NCBI GenBank assembly: GCA_965199495.1
Contig: CBDASK010000003.1
Span: 2,752,001 to 2,816,000 of the forward strand
Direction: 5' to 3'
Source: Abditibacterium sp.
GTDB lineage: Bacteria > Armatimonadota > Abditibacteriia > Abditibacteriales > Abditibacteriaceae
Length of the DNA stretch: 64,000 bases
In this document: positions 58,829 through 64,000 of the stretch, one piece after another
Layout: each line of letters starts with the position of its first letter
How positions within the stretch are numbered: the first letter of the stretch is position 1
Program-made: the position numbers and the translations under genes
The notes under the pieces: model-generated
What the model was told of the DNA's origin: nothing
What the model saw: the letters and a program-made list of their open reading frames with translations, nothing else
Database searches by the model: none

Positions 58829-58913
58829 AAACTATTACGCACAAGTCGTCCTACGGACGACGCCGCAATTCCTCCCACAAGACGAGCTTGTGGGTTTCCT
58901 TGGGGCTTTCTTT

Positions 58914-59798
58914 ATGAATTATTCTCGTGCCCTCATCGTGGGCGGGCAGGGCGCACTGGCCGGAGCTTTGAACCGCGCCGCGCCCGCGTCGGTTTTGTGC
59001 CAGAGCGCCAGTCGCGCCGAACTGGATATTTGCGATGGCGCCGCCGTGCGTGCATTTTTGAAAACGAGCAAACCCAATGTCGTATTGAACGGCGCGGCTT
59101 ATAACGCCGTTGACCGCGCGCAGGGCGAAGGCGCCGCCGATGCCATCGCGATTAACGCGACCGGCGTGGCGAATCTGGCCCTTGCGTGTCGCGATTTGCA
59201 AATTCCGCTCGTCCATTTTTCGTCGGATTTTGTCTTCGATGGACGCAAAACTACGCCTTATCTCGAAACCGACGCGACCGGGCCGTTGAGCATTTATGGC
59301 GCATCGAAATTGTGCGGCGAAAACATCGCCTTGACGACTGCGCCGCGCAATTTAGCGATTCGCGTGTGCCGGTTGTTCGGGCCGACAATCGAAGACGGTT
59401 CTGGTTCGGCGCGCAAACCGGGCGGCAATTTTCCCTTATTAATGCTGCGTCTGGCGCGCGAACGCGGAAGCGTCAAAATCGTGGACGATCAAATCGGTTC
59501 GCCTTCCTATACGCCCGACGTGGCTGCTGGCGTGTGGCAACTTTTGGAACAAGGCGCGACGGGATTATTTCAATTATCCAACGCGGGCGAAGTTTCGTTC
59601 GCTGATTACGCCTCCGAGATTTTCCAAATCGCGGGCGTCCCTTGTTCCATCGAACGCGTTTCGAGCGCCGATTATGGCGCGCCCGCCGCGCGCCCGCTTT
59701 ATTCGACCTTGAGCAACGACAAAGCCACGGCGGCGGGCGCCGCGCCGCTTCGTCATTGGCGCGACGCGTTGGAAGAATTTTTGGCGGATGTCAGATAG
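58914..59798 (+). CDS. rfbD: dTDP-4-dehydrorhamnose reductase
   Basis: AAYNAVD, SSDFVFDG, YGASK, DDQIGSP and ARPLYS. Confidence 0.9.
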   Translation: MNYSRALIVGGQGALAGALNRAAPASVLCQSASRAELDICDGAAVRAFLKTSKPNVVLNGAAYNAVDRAQGEGAADAIAINATGVANLALACRDLQIPLVHFSSDFVFDGRKTTPYLETDATGPLSIYGASKLCGENIALTTAPRNLAIRVCRLFGPTIEDGSGSARKPGGNFPLLMLRLARERGSVKIVDDQIGSPSYTPDVAAGVWQLLEQGATGLFQLSNAGEVSFADYASEIFQIAGVPCSIERVSSADYGAPAARPLYSTLSNDKATAAGAAPLRHWRDALEEFLADVR

Positions 59799-59837
59799 CG
59801 GATTTCGGGTTTCAGATTTCAGATATTGGCGCGCGGT

Positions 59838-59981
59838 GTCATTTCGAGTGAGGCACGAACCGAGAAATCTTATGGCCCCGCGCCAGCGGAACTGATGCGC
59901 AAGCCTGAAAGCAAAAGTCGCTCGGACTTGCGTTGCCACGCGGGCGCAAGATTTCTCGGTTCGTGCCTCACTCGAAATGAC
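59838..59981. repeat. Family B palindrome
   Basis: 34-bp perfect arms GTCATTTCGAGTGAGGCACGAACCGAGAAATCTT. Confidence 0.88.
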
Positions 59982-60002
59982 CTGACGCGCTCCTATCCGT
60001 AA

Positions 60003-60785
60003 TTAATCCATCTTCCAACCTTGGCTGCGGTTGGTCGGGTCAATACCGCGCAGCATCATGCTCTGGCCTCGCGAATTGTGCGTGTTAATCGAAGGCGTGT
60101 CTTCGGGGTCGCGCATTTGGATTAATAGTGTGGTGCGCTCTTCATCGCTTTCGTTGATGCCCGAACCGTGAATCGTCAGATACGAGAAAAACAGCGCATC
60201 ACCCGCCTGCGCCGGACACGGCATGGCGGCTTCGAGCGGATACTCATCGAGCGGCAAATGGTGGCCGCCAGTCGGATCGTGTTCCAGCAAACCGCGTTTG
60301 TGCGAGCCGGGCACGACGCGCACGCAACCTTTTTCGAGCGGCGCATCGTCGAAATGAATAATAGCGGCGATCATCGAATGGTTGTCGTGGGGAAAGTAGG
60401 GCGTGTCCTGGTGCATCGGAAACGGCGCGCCGTTTTCGGGCGGCTTGACGAACATTTTGGTGTGGTGCAATTGCACATTGGGCGTGCCCATGACCTGCGA
60501 CGCGGCTTCGGTCAATCGGTCGTTGACGATGAGTTGGGTGAACTTGGCGTCGTAGAACTGCACGTCGTGGCAATGCTGCAACTGCGTCGCTTTTTCGGAC
60601 AACGTTTTGCCACTGCCCCAGCCATCGCCGCCGCGACTTTCGCCATAAATGCGCGCCATCAGTTCGTGTCCGGCCTGACGATAGCACGCGGCTTCCTCGC
60701 GCGAAAACAGACCTTTTACCAGCAAATAACCGTTTTCCTGAAAGAACTCAACCTGTTCGGGAGTTAAAATGGGTTGCGTTGACAT
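60003..60785 (-). CDS. Phytanoyl-CoA dioxygenase family protein
   Basis: FQENGYL, KPP, HQD, VVPGSHK and HGSG.N.S...R. Confidence 0.9.
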   Translation of the reverse strand: MSTQPILTPEQVEFFQENGYLLVKGLFSREEAACYRQAGHELMARIYGESRGGDGWGSGKTLSEKATQLQHCHDVQFYDAKFTQLIVNDRLTEAASQVMGTPNVQLHHTKMFVKPPENGAPFPMHQDTPYFPHDNHSMIAAIIHFDDAPLEKGCVRVVPGSHKRGLLEHDPTGGHHLPLDEYPLEAAMPCPAQAGDALFFSYLTIHGSGINESDEERTTLLIQMRDPEDTPSINTHNSRGQSMMLRGIDPTNRSQGWKMD

Positions 60786-60841
60786 GATGTTTTTCCTTAA
60801 TTGGAATAAGTTAAGATTGCCAAACCGCCGAGTTTGGCGCA

Positions 60842-61735
60842 TTAGACGAGCGCGCCTTCTTTGTGGATAATTCGGACATTGCTCTCTTTCGCTTGGCGAA
60901 ACGCGGCGGGCGCCGCGCCGCAGCATTTGCCGAAAACGCGGGTGAAATGGTGAACGTCGGGCAAACCAACGGCGGCGGCGATGCTTTTGATCGGTTCGTC
61001 GGTTGAGCGCAGCAGATGGCGCGCGCGGTCAATGCGCGCGGTTTCAATGTAGGTCGAAGGCGAAACTCCGGCGAACTCGGCGAAGACGCGTTGAAAATGG
61101 CGCGGCGACAGATTTAGATGCGCCGCGATTTCGGCGACGGTGAGTTTGCGCGTCAAATTATCGTGAATATAGCGCGCGCCCAAACGCGCGAGGGCGTGCG
61201 GCGCGGGCGCGGGTAACGGCGCATCGGGCGCGTTTTCGCCCGCGCCCAACGCGGCGATTTGCAACAGCAACGCGTTTTGCAGCGCGAGCAACTGCGCATC
61301 TTTGCCCGCGTGCTGCTCGCTACCAGCCACGGCGCGCAGCGTTTTCCATAAATCGGTTAATAGGCCATCATCGCGCGCGACGATGACGGTGGAATTCGCC
61401 AACGCGCGAAACAATTCGCGCTGTTTCTGGGCAAATTTTTGTTGAACATCGCTCCAATCGAACGAAACCCAGAACAGTTCCATGCGGCTTTTTTCGCTGT
61501 TTTGAATGCGATGAACCACGCCGGGCCGCGCGATAAATAGGTCGCCGCTCGCGATTGGAAATGGTTGGTTCTCGACCGTAAAAACGCCGTGACCGTATGC
61601 GCCAACCAGACAAATCTCGAAGTGCGTGTGACGGTGCGCGACGTTATCAGCGAGAAATGGCTCGTAACTCCAGTTATAAACCTCGACGCCATTTTCGGAT
61701 AAAGGCGTTGCGTTGAGGCGAGAAATCCAGTCCAT
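60842..61735 (-). CDS. AraC-family regulator with cupin domain
   Basis: HRHTHFE cupin and double HTH LNLSPRHFQRVF...HFTRVF. Confidence 0.9.
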   Translation of the reverse strand: MDWISRLNATPLSENGVEVYNWSYEPFLADNVAHRHTHFEICLVGAYGHGVFTVENQPFPIASGDLFIARPGVVHRIQNSEKSRMELFWVSFDWSDVQQKFAQKQRELFRALANSTVIVARDDGLLTDLWKTLRAVAGSEQHAGKDAQLLALQNALLLQIAALGAGENAPDAPLPAPAPHALARLGARYIHDNLTRKLTVAEIAAHLNLSPRHFQRVFAEFAGVSPSTYIETARIDRARHLLRSTDEPIKSIAAAVGLPDVHHFTRVFGKCCGAAPAAFRQAKESNVRIIHKEGALV

Positions 61736-61776
61736 GATGCAAGAGTTTGAAGCCACAACGTTGAACCATGATTACA

Positions 61777-61854
61777 CAGCGGGGCTGACTCCTTCTTCCA
61801 ATCGGCGCAGTTCCTCTAAAGCGCGCCGATTGGAAGGAGGAGTCAGCCCCGCTG
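61777..61854. repeat. Family C palindrome
   Basis: CAGCGGGGCTGACTCCTTCTTCCAATCGGCGC...GCGCCGATTGGAAGGAGGAGTCAGCCCCGCTG. Confidence 0.85.
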
Positions 61855-61891
61855 GCTTGTGTAGCCTTTCAAGTAGACAGGTAAAACAAGC

Positions 61892-61919
61892 AAGGCCGCT
61901 CTTGCGAGCGGCCTTTTTT
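61892..61919. terminator. Intrinsic terminator
   Basis: AAGGCCGCTC-TTGC-GAGCGGCCTTTTTT next to the PBP stop. Confidence 0.7.
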
Positions 61920-61921
61920 CA

Positions 61922-64000
61922 TTAACGTTGACTACGCACCGGCGTATTTTCGTTGGACTGATCGGACGGTTGCGGTGAACCATCGTCTACATTCACGCTG
62001 CTATCGCCTTCGTAGGCGGGCGGTTGGGGCGCCGAGCGGTCTACCGTACTCATTGGCGGCGCGTCCGAGGCGGGCGGAAATCCGTCGCCAGAGGGCGCGT
62101 TTGAACCGCCGTTTTGGTCACGCACCGGATCGTAGCCCAAATCGCCGGCGCGCGGCGGCGCGGCGCCGTCGTCGAGCGAACGGGGCTGCGTAGATTCGCG
62201 CGTGTGAACGTCGCAGAACTTCGTCGGCGCACCGCCCGCCGCCGAGAACTGGCGCATTTCGGTATCGGGGCAATATTTGGTCGCCAGCAGTCCAGTTTCC
62301 TTGCAAATTCGCACGCGCACGTATTGCTTGTATTGTGCGGCTTGATACCGTTGCTGCTCGGTCGCGCGCTTGTCTTCGACCAGCTTTTGCATTGATTTAT
62401 CGGGACGATTCTTCCAGATTGGCACCGCCTGACGCATAAAGCTGGCGAAGACCGGGCCGCTCCAGGTGCCGCCAAAGCTGTCGTTGCCCAGTGTTTTTTC
62501 CATATCGTAACCCATCCAAACTCCCGTTACCAGTTCGGGCGAGGCGCCGATAAACCACACATCTTTGTTGTTGCTGGTGGTGCCGGTTTTGCCGATAATT
62601 TCCATGTCGGGCAACATTCGATTGACGGGGCGGCCCGTGCCATCGGTGATGACATTGCGCAACATTCCATACATTTCGTTGGCCGCGTTTTGCGATAAAA
62701 CGCGCGAGGCGCGCACTGGATTGGGCTGTTCGAGCAACACGTCGCCATTATAATTTTCGACGCGCACAACCGGCGTTGGCTCGGCGCGCAGACCTTTAGT
62801 CGCGAACACGCCATAACCCGAAACGTGTTCCAGCAGCGAGACTCCCGAAGTGCCCAGAGCCAGCGACGGAACGGGATCGAGCGAAGAACGAATTCCCATC
62901 AAATGCGCCTTTTGAACCGCCGTCTGAATGCCGACTTTGAGCAGCAATTTGGTGGCAATGACGTTATTCGATTGTGCCAAACCGAACTCCAATGATTGTA
63001 ATCCATCATGCCTGCGATTATCGTTTCTAACCTCATGACCACCGCGCCGCTTGGAACGTTTGTTCGGCGGACATTCGCCCGTCCCGCACACCCACAACTG
63101 CGAATCATTCACCATTGATGACGGTGTCAGGCCCGCTTCCATCGCCGCCGCGTAGATGTAGGGTTTCATCGTCGAGCCGGGCTGGCGTTTGGCCTGCACG
63201 GCGCGGTTGAAGGTGCCATTACCGGGGTTGGGATCGCGCCCGCCGACCATCGCCACGATTTGGCCCGTCCAAGGATCAATCGAAACCAGCGCGCCCTGTA
63301 ACTTGCTGCCATGCTCAGCCACGCCATTCGAGAGCGCGTTTTCGGCGATTTTCTGGAGTTTCGGATCGAGCGTGGTATAAACCTTGAGGCCCGGTTCGTC
63401 CAAGTCGTAGCCGTAATTCTTGCGCAGATATTCCCGCACGTAGCTCACGAAATAGGGCGACTTCCACGGCGTCGGATTCGCGCGTTTTTCACTGATGATT
63501 TTGGCTTGCTTCTCGATGAGCTTTTTGGTCTCTGTGTCTTTGAGCGCCTCTTGATACTGGCCCCAGTTGATGTGTTTTTTCTCCCACATCTCGTGCAAAA
63601 CCAGCTTTTGGCGCGCCGCCGCGCGGTCGTAATATTTGAACGGGTTGAGCGACGACGGCGCTTGCGGCAAACCGGCCAGAAGCGCGGCTTCGGCGATGCT
63701 TAAATCTTTGGCGTGCTTGCCAAAATACGTTTCGGCGCCCGCCTCGCAACCGTAGGCGCGATTGCCGTAAGGAATCTCGTTGAGGTAGGCTTCGAGGATT
63801 TCGTCTTTGGAGAGCTTGCGCTCCAATTGCAGCGCCATCAAAGTCGAAGTCAAACGGCGCGACACGCTGCGTTTGTTGGTTTGGTAGACGTTTTTCACCA
63901 ACTGCTCGGTGATCGTCGAGCCGCCCTGCGTGACTTTGCCCGCCTCGTAGTTGGCCAGCATCGCGCCGATGATGCGCTTGGCGTCGGTGCCGGGATGGTT
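61922..64000 (-). CDS. Class A penicillin-binding protein (PBP1A family), 5' end outside window
   Basis: Transglycosylase motifs QGGSTITEQLVKN and SKDEILEAYLN; transpeptidase motifs STMK, SNN and KTG; C-terminal Cys/His cluster. Confidence 0.93.
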   Translation of the reverse strand, partial: NHPGTDAKRIIGAMLANYEAGKVTQGGSTITEQLVKNVYQTNKRSVSRRLTSTLMALQLERKLSKDEILEAYLNEIPYGNRAYGCEAGAETYFGKHAKDLSIAEAALLAGLPQAPSSLNPFKYYDRAAARQKLVLHEMWEKKHINWGQYQEALKDTETKKLIEKQAKIISEKRANPTPWKSPYFVSYVREYLRKNYGYDLDEPGLKVYTTLDPKLQKIAENALSNGVAEHGSKLQGALVSIDPWTGQIVAMVGGRDPNPGNGTFNRAVQAKRQPGSTMKPYIYAAAMEAGLTPSSMVNDSQLWVCGTGECPPNKRSKRRGGHEVRNDNRRHDGLQSLEFGLAQSNNVIATKLLLKVGIQTAVQKAHLMGIRSSLDPVPSLALGTSGVSLLEHVSGYGVFATKGLRAEPTPVVRVENYNGDVLLEQPNPVRASRVLSQNAANEMYGMLRNVITDGTGRPVNRMLPDMEIIGKTGTTSNNKDVWFIGASPELVTGVWMGYDMEKTLGNDSFGGTWSGPVFASFMRQAVPIWKNRPDKSMQKLVEDKRATEQQRYQAAQYKQYVRVRICKETGLLATKYCPDTEMRQFSAAGGAPTKFCDVHTRESTQPRSLDDGAAPPRAGDLGYDPVRDQNGGSNAPSGDGFPPASDAPPMSTVDRSAPQPPAYEGDSSVNVDDGSPQPSDQSNENTPVRSQR

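Larger units (their letters stand above)
57225..58913 (-). mobile_element. IS200/IS605-family element (divergent tnpA/tnpB)
   Basis: Right-end hairpin CCCCTCAG-ACAAG-CTGAGGGG, ending ...TTGAC on the minus strand at 57225. Left-end hairpin CCCACAAG-ACGAG-CTTGTGGG at 58874-58894. Putative TTCAT target motif at 58918-58914. Confidence 0.8.

Overview
GC-rich bacterial chromosomal window. The gene mix (several prepilin/DUF1559 H-X9-DG proteins, mcsA/mcsB, MoxR locus) is reminiscent of Armatimonadota/Abditibacteriota; this is inference only. The main feature is a complete type I-B-like CRISPR-Cas locus (WYL regulator, cas6, divergent cas8, cas7, cas5, cas3, cas4, cas1, cas2) with an array of about 130 apparently identical 29-nt repeats (14476-23027). 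The most notable signal is in the cas6-cas8 gap. A consensus sigma70 promoter and strong SD drive a 60-aa single-TM ORF (5796-5978). This ORF is followed by a solitary diverged CRISPR repeat (6021-6049) whose spacer matches the ORF's own start region at 13/15 nt, mismatched only at positions 6 and 12 and next to a CCA PAM. That pattern suggests a Cascade-repressed small-protein toxin or autoregulatory module (CreTA/CreR-like). The same gap holds a truncated DUF3800-like gene with two tandem, covarying structured RNA units on the minus strand. The rest of the window has housekeeping and accessory genes, a VapBC-like TA pair, an IS200/IS605 element with intact tnpB and broken tnpA, several families of long intergenic palindromes, and an over-represented 12-mer (GCAGCCACGGCG).
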